Shown here in pieces: positions 1 through 11,923 of a stretch of DNA of 44,206 nt. Where the stretch lies: the NCBI RefSeq assembly GCF_006345805.1, contig NW_021834821.1, positions 1 to 44,206 of the forward strand. The letters are read 5' to 3'. The stretch comes from Octopus sinensis. Its lineage: Eukaryota. Position numbers and translations under genes: made by a program. How positions within the stretch are numbered: the stretch's first letter is position 1; each line of letters opens with the position of its first letter. The notes under the pieces were generated by a model that made no database searches, was not told the origin of the DNA, and saw only the letters and a program-made list of their open reading frames with translations.

Positions 1-633
1 GAATATTGATTCACTCTTGGGTGAATTCTTAGAAAATGAGCATTTTTCGTTGTCTTTTGGGGCTGGCAAACCAGTCTGAGTTGGTCAGATATAGACTGCT
101 GTTTCCAGACGTTCACTTGTGTCTTTTAGGTGAGTCCTAACCCCTGCCTCAAGGGACGAAGTCAAGAATTGCAGGGGAGCTGGTTCTGAAAGACTTGAAT
201 CGCCTCTCGTAAGTGGAATAGGAAATCTCTTAGGAGAGCTGTTTGTTGCTAGAGGCACAAAAACTGCAGTCGACAAGACTAGGTTTAAATGCTGACTAAA
301 CTTTTTAAAATGTTTACTGGTTGCACATGTAAGAATTCAGGAGAGATGCAACGCATAAAAGGAAGGCATTTTCTGTTGGAAGTTGTTGATAGGATGAAGT
401 GTGCAGGTGAGACATGTCTGTCGATGTGGAGTGAGAGAATGGTAACTGTTGCAGCCTGTGATGCGCAGGATTTAGCGACAACATTTCTATGAATCTCATT
501 GTGAGGATGTTACCAGAGCCATAATTATATAGGTGTATGCAAGTATATAAATACTTGCATAAACTTACGTGTGTGTGTGCGTGCGTGCGTATGCTTACAC
601 GTGTGTTTGTCTATGTATACATATATATATATA

Positions 634-780
634 CGACGAGCTTCTTTCTGTTTCCGTCTACCAAATCCACTCACAAGGCTTTGGTTGGCCCAAGGCTACA
701 GATGTGCCACGCAGCAGGACTGAACCCGGAAGCATGTGGTTCGTAAGCACGCTACGTACCACACAGCCACTCCTGCGTCT
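634..780 (-). mobile_element. tRNA-derived SINE family A, 5' head only
   Basis: Reverse complement reads GCAGGAGTGGCTGTGTGGTA...GGGTTCAGTCC (Pol III A/B-box-like), then the GTGAGTGGATTTGGTAGACGGAAAC segment found in many other copies in this window. Confidence 0.8.
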
Positions 781-933
781 ATCTATGTATCTGTCTTCTG
801 TCTGTCTATCCATCTCTCCCTCTCTTTCTCTCTATCTGTCTACCTATCGATCGATCAGTGTGTGTTTCTACTTGGTTGAGTCCTAGAATAGAGGCCGAAA
901 ATGTTCTGTTCATTCTATCTTGTTATATACATA

Positions 934-1183
934 TTGGCTTGGTGCATAATTATTGCGGCTTTTTTCAACAAATTTCATTCAACAAAAACAATAACAACAT
1001 GCAATAAAAACATCTTTAAATGATTATTCCGGAGCATATTCACCATCTCCTTCAATTACTGCTTCCTATTTGCTTGGCAGACGGTCAGACCGTCATTCAA
1101 AGATGTTTTTGTTAAATATTGTTATTGTTTTTGTTGAATAAAATTTGTTGAAAAATAGCCGCAATAATTATACACCAACTCAA
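934..1183. mobile_element. Mariner (Tc1/mariner) derived MITE
   Basis: Imperfect long TIRs TTGGCTTGGTGCATAATTATTGCGGCT / AGCCGCAATAATTATACACCAACTCAA, flanked by TA at 932-933 and 1184-1185. TIR resembles the Hsmar1/MADE1-type GGTTGGTGCAAAAGTAATTGCGG. Confidence 0.8.
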
Positions 1184-1680
1184 TATCTCATAGATATACA
1201 CGTAATATGGCCACAAGCAGAGAGACGTACACACATGTTTTGTATATGACTGTGTACTTGTGGCTGCATGTGTTTATATTGGTGAATGTATGTATAAAAC
1301 GCGTGTTATAACTCTGCGAGTTGGTTTCCTGTGGATTCGCGTTCAAATCCATGACAAGGCAGAGGTAGAGAAGGAAATCTATTTTCTTATTTCTCTTTCT
1401 ATATTGAGTAAAAGGATTGCCTCACACCTACACATCTGCACAAATAGGACGGACGTCCCTTTCCATCACTGAACGACGTGGGTGTGTATGTGTTGGATTG
1501 TTTGCATGTGTGTGTGTGTCTTGAGGACTCAGTAGTAGAATGGGAGGCTGAAACACTCCTTGTTAAACATACCACTTCCATAAACAACCAAACCCCAGAC
1601 ACTGGTACAGAGTGGAGGTTGTTGTAGATAAAGACAAAGTGAGAGAGTTAAATACAGACAGATATATATATATATATATA

Positions 1681-1881
1681 CCAATTGAGGACTGAACACG
1701 AAAAGTGGACAGTCAACATGCTAGATATAGACGTCAAATCGCCATTCTCCACAAAAGATTATGTTCTCAGATCAAACTTGGTGAGTTTAATCTGAGAACA
1801 TAATCTTTTGTGGAGAATGGCGATTTGACGTCTATATCTAGCATGTTGACTGTCCACTTTTCGTGTTCAGTCCTCAATTGG
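1681..1881. repeat. Near-perfect palindrome, 98-bp arms, 5-nt loop, embedded in (TA)n
   Basis: 1681-1778 is the reverse complement of 1784-1881 with one mismatch (1773 C vs 1789 A). Loop is TGGTG, with TA runs on both sides. Confidence 0.95.
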
Positions 1882-1991
1882 TATATATAAATATTTTAAT
1901 CTTCGGATTCTTTTTTAATATGCTAGACCACTGGTCTTAATTGATAAATATCAATTTCTACCCTTAATTATATTATATATATTATACACAT

Positions 1992-2058
<67 letters not shown>

Positions 2059-2085
2059 TATATATGTGTGTGTGTGTATGTGTGT

Positions 2086-2473
2086 AGGCGCAGGAGTGGC
2101 TGTGTGGTAAGTAGCTTGTTTACCAACCACATGGTTCCGGGTACAGTCCCACTGCGTGGCATCTTGGGCAAGTGTCTTCTACTATTGCCTCGGTTCGACC
2201 AAAGCCATGTGAGTGGATTTGTTTGATGGAAACTGAAAGAAGCCCGTCGTATATATTGATATATATATATATGAGTGTGTGTCTGTGTTTGTCCCCCTAG
2301 CATAGCTTGACAACCGATGTTTACGTCCCCGTTACTTAGCGGTTCGGCAAAACAGACCGATAGAATAAGTACTAGGCTTACAAAAGAAAAAGTCCCGGGA
2401 TCCAGTTGCTCGATTAAAGGCGGTGCTCCAGCTTGGCCGCAGCCAAATGACTGAAACAAGTAAAAGAGTAAAA

Positions 2474-2476
<3 letters not shown>
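2086..2476 (+). mobile_element. tRNA-derived SINE family A, full length
   Basis: Head AGGCGCAGGAGTGGCTGTGTGG...GGTACAGTCCC, CORE-like GGCATCTTGGGCAAGTGTC, internal TA/TG microsatellite, and tail ...GGCGGTGCTCCAGC...GACTGAAACAAGTAAAAGAGTAAAAG. Confidence 0.85.
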
Positions 2477-2534
<58 letters not shown>

Positions 2535-2615
2535 AATAGATATATACATAAAAAGATTGACAGATAGAGAGAGAGATGGCTAGATAGATAGGGGAGAGAG
2601 TCAAACAGACATATA

Positions 2616-2662
<47 letters not shown>

Positions 2663-2666
2663 ATAT

Positions 2667-2710
<44 letters not shown>

Positions 2711-3455
2711 GCAGAAAGTGACGTTCCCGGATACACACACACACACACACACACAACATCACACATAAATACACACACACGCACAAACATAAACAGGCGT
2801 GTATACACACACACAGACACACCGATCCACACCCCAGACATCATTCGTCTTATGTGTATACATGTGTAATACTCCACCCTCTCTCTCCCCCTTTCTCTCT
2901 CTATAGACGTATGTAAATATTCATACACACTTACATATATAAATATTTACCTGCTTATGTACATACATAAATACATACATATACACACATCCGTTAGTTT
3001 TCCTTTCTTTTTCACGTCCAAATTAATTATAATTCCTAATTAATGACTTAATTGTGAGACCTTAATGTCATTTAACATTATTTAATTCATAAAAATGCTG
3101 ACAATGTCTCTTTGATTTTAAATAAAGAATTTAGACAAAGTTTTGTCTAAATTTCCCGCCTTTTTCTCCACGTTTTTTGTCTTTCAAATTAGCGTTGCTA
3201 GGCAACAGATAGAAACAATTGAACGGGAAGCGACAGAAGTTATAGAGAGACTCCAGACTGGGCGGTTTGTATGATACCAGACCCGAAATATCACCAGATA
3301 CCCTTAAGTATGGATGGTCACAAATGAATTTACCTGTCGTCTTTTCTATGTGTGTGCAAGAAGTCTACGTATAATAATGTATAATTATATGTATATATAT
3401 CTGTAGGTGTATATATATCTGAGTTTATATATGAAAATGCATGTATGTATAATAT

Positions 3456-4609
3456 TGTTACGGAATCACCCGTCGTCGCTCGCCCGAACGGCACAAGTTC
3501 GCCACGGAACCCAGAGAGGAGAGAGGAGAGATACAACAACAACCACAACCGCAGCAGCACAGAGATACAGAGGCACAACCCAGAGAGACACCCAAAAGAG
3601 GCACAGAGGCAACAGAGACACTGGCTTATATTTAACAACAGTTTATATGACAATCAATTGCTACACATCAAATACATTTAAGGCAAACAACAAATCAATA
3701 CATCATATGGGTATACCACAGATCAAAAGCATTTAACAACATGCATGTAACAATATATCAGTCCGGAGACACAACAAGTCATATACAGTATTTCAAAGGT
3801 ACACATCACAGATAACGTCACATCAACAAGTCCTTTACTCTTCAATTCACAATGTTCTTTATCGACTACATCGACAGAGTCCTTGACTGTTCTTTTCACT
3901 GTTCAATACACCGTGACACATATCAATGCACAAACACATACCTCAATTCCTAATTGAATCTGCCAGTGTTCCATTCCTCTCAATACTGCTAAATCCTCTG
4001 TACATATCCCTTCTGTGCCGCCAAGCTTTCTCGCATCCAACTTGCTCCTAAAATTCCAACGCTTCTAAGATTCCATCTACTCGCTCTGACTTCCAGAATC
4101 CGACTGTGTTCTCTGACGACCGGTTCCCAACTGTCTTCTTCGAGGACCGGCCAGCGACTGCAAGATCCGTCTGTGTTCTTCGACGACCGCTCACCGACTG
4201 CCCAGAACCTCACTTCCTTGTCCTGCCTTCCACTCCCTATAATCTCCCACTTATAGCCTTTCTATTTGCTATCTGATTCCTTACTCTATCTATATCGCCT
4301 ACTGTCCCTTAGCCTCTCTATCTGTCCCTTAGTCTTATACTCTATCTCTCTCATGACAGCTCTACCATACTCTCTGCCTGTCCTTCTCTCTTACTGTCAA
4401 TACCCTCTCCATCTGCTCTTAGATTCCCTTAATCTGTCTTCCTCTTTCACATTCTCACTGACCCTTTTCTCAACCGCACCAGGTCACAGGTCCTTCCAAA
4501 ACTCATCAGTCTCCCACTAAACAAAGAACCTGTCAGTTCCTTTACCAGACATGCCGGCGCCACACCCACGATGTGGGTCAGCAATACTGCACTAGTTAAA
4601 CCCGTAACA
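3456..4609. mobile_element. Solo LTR (LTR retrotransposon, probably Gypsy-like)
   Basis: Starts TGTTACGG and ends CCGTAACA (8-bp terminal inverted repeat, TG...CA). ATAT lies on both sides (3452-3455, 4610-4613), a 4-bp TSD. No coding capacity. The superfamily is inferred only from termini and TSD length. Confidence 0.7.
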
Positions 4610-4829
4610 ATATTCTGCTTTCCTGTGGGTATAATTATGATGTATATTTATATTCCTATATAAATGTATCGGCAATGCTATAGAATAGAGTCGGAAATTA
4701 TCCAATACCTCAAATATTCCAACATCTTTTGATATTTCTTTTCTAAACTTGTACATATACATGAATAAATGTATACACAAACAAACACATACATATAATA
4801 TATATATATACACACCTACATTTCTACAG

Positions 4830-4871
<42 letters not shown>

Positions 4872-4873
<2 letters not shown>

Positions 4874-7238
4874 CCTCACACACACAAAAAACAAAAAACT
4901 CCACCACCTCCTCAACCCTCACCCCCTTCCCCATCCTCCCCCACTGCTCCCCCAAACCCCTCCTTCGTACCTCCCCCCCCCCTCCCACGGACCCACACCG
5001 TGACCTTCCTACGCCTAACCCATCTTCACCCAACCACCTCTACCCTCCCCTTCACACCCCTGCACCCCCTCTGCCTGACCCTAGTCCTCCCACCACCCCG
5101 CTTCCTCGCGCTGTTGTCACTATACCCCCCAACCTCCCCCTCTCCGCCGCCGAGCGTTCTCTCCTCAGTAAGGGTCTCCGCTTCACGCCACTCACGCGCC
5201 ACTGTGATGAGTTCGAGACTCGGGCTGACGTCAACCTGTTCCTGCGCCGCCTCAAACTTTGCGCATACTACCACGCGTCCCCGCAGCGTCACAACAATCA
5301 GGATTGCCTTGTGGAGCTGGGGCGTCGTCCATCCCACTGGACGCCGCCCCCAGGCCTATTCAGTAGCCTAGATTCGTTTGTACATGACTGCAACGCGTTG
5401 GTCCACCGGTTCAACTTTGAACCACGTCCCCGCCGAACCAACCTCACTCGGGCCAAATCCATTGCCCTTCGCCACCTCCGCCGCCGTGATGACATCGTCA
5501 TCAAGCCGGCGGACAAAGGCGGGGCAGTGGTAGTGTGGCGCGCGGACCTATACAGGGAGGAAGCGCTCAACCAGCTTCAAAATCCCCTCTTCTATCGCCT
5601 CCTCCCCTCCGATCCCACCTCCTCCTACCAACAGCGAGTTTCCTCCACCATCCGCGACCTCATCTTCTCCTCTGCTCTTCCCCCACCGCCACCAACCTCA
5701 TCGTCCGCACACCCCGCATCTCCACCATCTACTTCCTTCCCAAGATCCATAAACCCTCTAATCCGGGCCGTCCCATAGTCTCTGCCTGTAATTGCCCCAC
5801 TGAACTCATTTCCCTATACCTCGACCGCATCCTGTCCCCCCTAGTCGCAGCCCTCCCATCCCACATACACGACACCAACCACGCCCTCCGTCTCTTCAAT
5901 TCCTTTTCCTTCCCTTCCAGCCCCTCACACCTCCTCTTCACATTAGATGTAAAATCCCTGTACACTGATTCCCCACAATGACGGTCTCCTAGCCCTCCAA
6001 CACTTCCTCGACCGTCGTCCCGACCCCACCCCTAGCACCCCCACCCTCCTCCGCTTGGCTGAGCTCGTCCTCACCCTCAACTGTTTCACGTTCGCCGGGG
6101 AAACGTACCAACAGGTGTCCGGGGTCGCGATGGGAACTAGGATGGGCCCCAATTTCGCCAATCTCTTTCTTGGCTACATTGAGGCCCAAGTATTCTCCCA
6201 GTTCTCCGGGCCGACCCCCGAACTATACGGTCGCTATATAGACGACTGCATAGGTGCCAACTTTCACCCCTCTCTTCAATTCACCTCCACCATCTCCAAC
6301 ACCTCTGTCAACTTCCTCGACATCTCTCTCCGAATCGACCACCACTCCAACTCTCTCACCACCTCCGCCTTCTTTAAACCTACGGATTCCCACCTCTATC
6401 TCAACTTCTCTCCTCCCACCCCTTCCACACCAAACGAGCCATCCCCTACTCCCAGTTCCTCCGCCTCCGACGTTTGTGCAGCCGCGACCAGGATTTCGAG
6501 TCCAATCTCAATACCTGGCCCGCCTGTTCAGACTCCGAGGTTACCCACCCATACTCATCTCTAATGCTCTCACCTGCGCCCGACGCATCGACCGCACCAC
6601 CGCCCTGTCTCCTTCCCCCCCCCACCCACCCCTTCCCCATCCTTTTCCACCCCTCTACCCTACCCCTTCGTCGCAAGATACTACGTGCCTTCCGTCGCCT
6701 CCAGCTTGATCCCACAACCCGCCCCATTTTCCCTAACCCACCCCTGTCCTCCTTCAAACGAGCCCGTAATCTACGGGACCTCCTGGTCCACAGCACCCTC
6801 TCTCCTTCCCCCTCAGCCCCACACGGATCATTCCCTTGCTCTAGATCCCGCTGCAACACTTGCCCCTTCATCACCAACACCACTGCTGTCACCGGCTCCA
6901 ACCGGCGCACTGTACGTATTAGGCACTCTTTTACGTGCACCTCGTCTGGCCTCATTTACTGCATTAAATGCAACCTATGCAGGATGCTGTATGTAGGAGA
7001 GACGGGACGCCGGTTGTCCGATCGATTCACAGAACATTTGAGGGACGTTCGCCTACACTCCCTTTCTCCTATCGCACGCCACTTCCGCTCGGCCATCCAT
7101 TCCCTAGATAACATCTCAGTGTTTGGTCTCGCCCCCCACAATGGCCGTCCTCTTTCTAGGCTCCACTTGGAGCAACGCTACATCTTCACCCTACAAACCA
7201 CTACCCCACACGGACTTAACACAGCCCCCTCCTCCTAG
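4872..7238 (+). pseudogene. PLE ORF: reverse transcriptase + GIY-YIG endonuclease, frameshifted
   Basis: Joined frames give LLSKGLRFTP, IVIKPADKGGAVVVW, FLPKIHK..GRPIVS, LDVKSLYT, QQVSGVAMGT, RYIDD, FLDI, KPTDSHLYL, RGYP, linker CSRSRCNTC, and endonuclease LIYCIKC..C..YVGETGRRL..RF.EH...LEQRYI...HGLN. Confidence 0.92.
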
Positions 7239-7259
7239 GTTTTTTTTTTCTCGGATAAA

Positions 7260-9890
7260 CACCCCCCCCCCCACACACACACCTACCTACATCCCACACG
7301 CCTGTTCAAACACACACATACGGATACACATCTACGTACACGCATTCATAATCTAATCACACATACTTACAGACACACATGCACACACTAATATACAAAC
7401 CAACACGCACATACATACACACATACATACATACACACACACATACATACTTACACACACACACACAGACATACATACATACATACACACACACATACAT
7501 ACGTACACACATACACACACACACACACATCGCACATACATACTTCACACACCTATACTTACATACACACACACACATGCACACATACATGTACGCACGC
7601 ACACATACATACACACATACCCACACATGTACACCTTTACACGAATGCACACACACATACACCTATTCGCACCTAGGCAGCCCCCCCCTTTTTTTCTGCT
7701 TTCTAGTTTTGGTTGATGGATCCTCGGTTCCCGTGGAGCGGGTTGTTCGGGGGCCCCCGCGCGCGCACGCCTTGGCGCGTGACAGGGGTTGGTCGGCCCC
7801 ATGGGCTTGCGTTGTATTGTTTGTGTGTTGTGTGTGCGAGCGCGCTTCGTGTGTGTGGGCGTGCTTCGGTTGTGTGCGTGCGTATGTATACATACATACC
7901 CACACACACGCATGCATCCCTACCCACACACATACACGCACACCTACTCACACACACACTTACACACACACATACACACACACACATACCTGCGCACACA
8001 CACACATACACATACACACACATACCTACTTCAGACATACACACACACACCTCACACATACATACACACACATACCTACTTCAGACATACACACACACAG
8101 ACATACACCCATACACTCACACTCACACGCATACACACACACACACATACACACGCACACGCACACATACACACACACACACACCTACATACATACATTA
8201 CACTTGTACACACACACACTTACATTCATACACACACACACACACATACACATACATACGCACACACACATATACTTACACACATGCACACACACACACA
8301 CACATACATACATACACCCACACACATACACACACACATACTTACATACTCCTATACGCACATACATACACACATACACACTCACACATACATACACACA
8401 CACATACTTACACACGCACTCGCCTGCACGCGCACACATATGCATGACAAACACCCATACACTCACACTCACACACACACACACCAACATATACACGCAC
8501 ACATACACGCACACACACACACACACACGCCTACACACCTACATACACACACATACACGGACACACCCATACATACTTACATACATACACCTATACACAC
8601 ACGCCTACACACCTACATACACACACATGCATACACACACACACATGTACGCACATACACACACATATACGCACATACATATATACCTACACACATGCAC
8701 ACACACACACACACACACACATACGCACACGCATGCATGCACGCACACCTACACGCATGTACGCATACATGCACACACACACACACGCACGTACACATAC
8801 ATACCTACACACACACATACATACACCCATACACATACATGCATCCTACACACACAGACATACACACTCACACACACATACACACACACACACTCACTCA
8901 CACACCTGCATGTACGCGCACACACATGCACATACACACACTTCCACACACACACACGTACATACATACACACTCATACACACACACACACACACGGACA
9001 TACATCTATACACACATATACACACACACATACTTACATACATTCATCGGACACACTGACACTCAGACTTACACACAGACACACTCACACATACATACTC
9101 ACACACGCAATCGCAGGTGCGCGCACATGCTCGCTTGTGCGCGTTCGCGCACGCTTGCACCACGCTCATGGGTGACCGACCGGATCTCCTGTCCGTATCT
9201 GGGGCCGGCGCGTTGTCTTTGGGTTCTCCCACGCCTGTCGCCGCGGGACCACTCTTCCATCTTCCCCCTCCTCTCCCCCCCCTTCGCTGCAGTTCTTTTT
9301 CCCTTACCCCCCCCTTTTGTACACACACGCACACACATACACACACACACACATTTGCATATATATACACATTACATTTACACACACTTCAAATTTACTT
9401 GCCACACACACAACTACGCACGCTGGACATATACACACACTACCACTCAACACACACACTGGAACATTACATACGCCCCCACCCTTTCCCGCCCCGCACG
9501 CACTAACATATACATATTTTCTGTTTTTTTATCACGCCTCACACACACATACACACACGCACACACTCACACATACATACACACGCACACACACATACCT
9601 TCCTGTTTCTGATCTGCCTTTCCGACTTGCTAGGGTACCCCCACACCACTCCTTTAATTCTACTACTGCCTGCTACTAGCCATTGTCCACCATACACACA
9701 CATACACACACGCACACACTCACACATACATACACACGCACACACACATACCTCCCTGCTTCTGATCTCCCTTTCTGACTTGCTAGGGTACCCCCACACC
9801 ACTCCTTTAATTCTACTACTGCTTGCTACTAGCCATTGTCCACCATACACACACATACACACACACGCACACTCACACACACACACCGTC
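7260..9890 (+). repeat. Large compound (CA/CATA)n tract
   Basis: Mostly ACAC/ACAT runs. It generates the spurious His/Thr-rich ORFs in the track. Confidence 0.95.
9540..9885 (+). repeat. ~153-bp tandem duplication
   Basis: CTGATCT..CTTTC.GACTTGCTAGGGTACCCCCACACCACTCCTTTAATTCTACTACTGC occurs at about 9609 and 9762. Confidence 0.85.
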
Positions 9891-10061
9891 ATCTCCCAAC
9901 ACCTTTTTTACCATTCCCTCATTGATTCAGCTCTCCTGTTTTTAAAAAACATTTTCCTCCTTTTTTACTACTTCCGTCTTTTCAGTATGTGACCTCGTGA
10001 AGACGACCTGCAATTTTTTTCCTCTGTCCTCCCGTCTCGGGATCTTTCTTTCTTTCTCTTA

Positions 10062-10098
10062 TGTTTCCGACGAAGAGCTCCGCTCGAAACGTCATACC
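10062..10098 (+). ncRNA. Minimal type I hammerhead ribozyme motif in the PLE 3' repeat
   Basis: TGTTT-CCGACGA-A-GAGC-TCC-GCTC-GAAA-CG-TC-ATAC. Core is the variant CCGACGA, stem II is GAGC/GCTC, GAAA is present, palindromic ACGT forms stem III, and predicted cleavage is after GUC at 10093. Confidence 0.65.
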
Positions 10099-10529
10099 CT
10101 CCTTCTTCCATTTTCCTGAGCGCCTAATAATAATAATACTGTAATTGTTCCACGTGTTGTTGTTTTTTCTGTTTTCCCGTTTGGATTAACCTATATATAT
10201 ATATATACATCCTGTGGCATAACTACAGATGAACACCCCATCGACTTTGTTTCCTCATAACTTCCAGGAAAATGGATATTTTTAATGAAACTTCCACTTT
10301 CATTTCCTAACAGAAAAGGATGCTCTCAAAAGAAATCCTCTTTTACAAAGCTCTTATTTAAATCCCTGTGGATAAATCCCAGCAAGAATCTTCTCAGGCT
10401 CTCCAATATTTTACAATTATATAAAGAGAAAGAATCGGGGGCCAGGAAGTGGGCAAAAATAATCAGAGATTTTTAAAATATTCTTTTTATTTTTTATAAC
10501 ATAAATGTGTTTCTGAGGGAAAAAATGAG

Positions 10530-11170
10530 GGAAAAAAAAGAAGACAAGGAGGGTGGTGTGCTAGAAACAACAGCCAAATCTCCCTTAAATCACACATTTT
10601 TTCCCTCGACCCCTTACAAAACATTTTACCTACAAATTTCTTTTTTATCGTAATCTGCATCGTTTCAAAGTTATTTCTACCAAATTTCATTCAAAAATAC
10701 CCATATTTATACAAAAATACCTTTATACACATGTATATACCTACATATACACACAGGTCTTTGCTATGTTTTTTAAACACATAAAACTCATAGATACACT
10801 TAAACCGCCGCAGGACAATATTTTTAGAGTTGCTTCTTAAGTGTCCTTCACTTTTTTGATGAAAAACGATACAAATTTCAGAGTATTTGGCTGTTATTTC
10901 TAGCATGATGTTAGGCCATCTATAGGACAATATTTGACATGGATGCTTTGGAAATTGTCCTTTGATTTTTATTTGTGATGAGACAAAAATGTGAAGGTTT
11001 TTGTGGCTCTTTCTAGCATGAAATGAGACCATATACAGGCCAATTTTATTTATGAATGCTTCTTGCTGTCCTTCAAAATTTATATGAAAAGTAAAGTGGT
11101 TTCTATTTCTAGCATGAAAAATGACCAGCTATGGGAAAGCTTTTACTGAATGCTTCTTAAAGTGTCCTTC
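10530..11170. repeat. Degenerate repeat cluster carrying the GCTAGAAATAGCAGCCAAA motif family
   Basis: GCTAGAAACAACAGCCAAA near 10560. Reverse-strand TTTCTAGCATG and GTGTCCTT units recur about every 110 bp from 10830 to 11170. Confidence 0.55.
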
Positions 11171-11347
11171 TCTTTTTTTTTGAACCCCCAACAGCAACAA
11201 CAACAACAACAACCCTACGAGGACGAAAGGCAATGTTTGTGCGTGTGTGCAGTTGGAATGTCACTGCAACAACAACAACAACAACAATCTATTCTTATTA
11301 AACGTTAAAAACTGTCAGATGCAGACTGCACACACGCACACACAACG

Positions 11348-11535
11348 CTGATGATGATGACGATGATGACGGTGATGATGATGATGATGATGATGTGATG
11401 ACGATGATGACGATGATGACGACGATGATGATGATGATGACGATGATGACGACGATGATGACGATGATGGTGATGATGATGACGACGATGATGACGACGA
11501 TGATGATGATGGTGATGATGATGATGATGACGATG
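11348..11535 (+). repeat. (GAT/GAC)n trinucleotide microsatellite
   Basis: Direct reading of the sequence. It lies downstream of the large gene's stop codon. Confidence 0.95.
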
Positions 11536-11646
11536 AAGGCGGTGGTGGTGGTCGTCTGCTGTTGTTGTTGTTGTTGTTGGTCGTCTGCCTTTTAATGGAG
11601 AATCAATGATTATGACCAGACATTCCTATACATACATGCATGCGTG

Positions 11647-11680
<34 letters not shown>

Positions 11681-11923
11681 AACATACATACTTATAGCCT
11701 TATTTCTATACATACATTCCTAAATATGTGTGTATATATATATATAAACACATGTACACATACTGTATATAAATATACACACACACACAAAGAGAGAGTG
11801 TTGAGGAATGTTACAACAATAAGTGTGTAGAATGCAATGTATGCGATGCAGGTTCGATTCCCGGGCGAAGCCATTTACAATAAGAAGAAGAAGAAGATTG
11901 AAGTTTAATATTTCTGGAAATAT

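Larger units (their letters stand above)
4872..10191 (+). mobile_element. Penelope-like retroelement 1 (Neptune-type), with expanded 3' region
   Basis: RT plus GIY-YIG ORF (4872-7238), CA-rich tract, then a 3' repeat containing a hammerhead motif. Both ends abut (TA)n. Confidence 0.85.

Noticed and set aside
1-530. Unique-looking sequence with short ORFs on both strands
   Set aside because: All six frames are interrupted by stops and I recognise no motif.
7357-9679. Long His/Thr-rich and Val/Cys-rich ORFs (up to 607 aa)
   Set aside because: Translations of (CA)n/(TG)n, which lack stop codons by composition.
11395-11595. Met/Thr-rich ORF
   Set aside because: Trinucleotide microsatellite translation.
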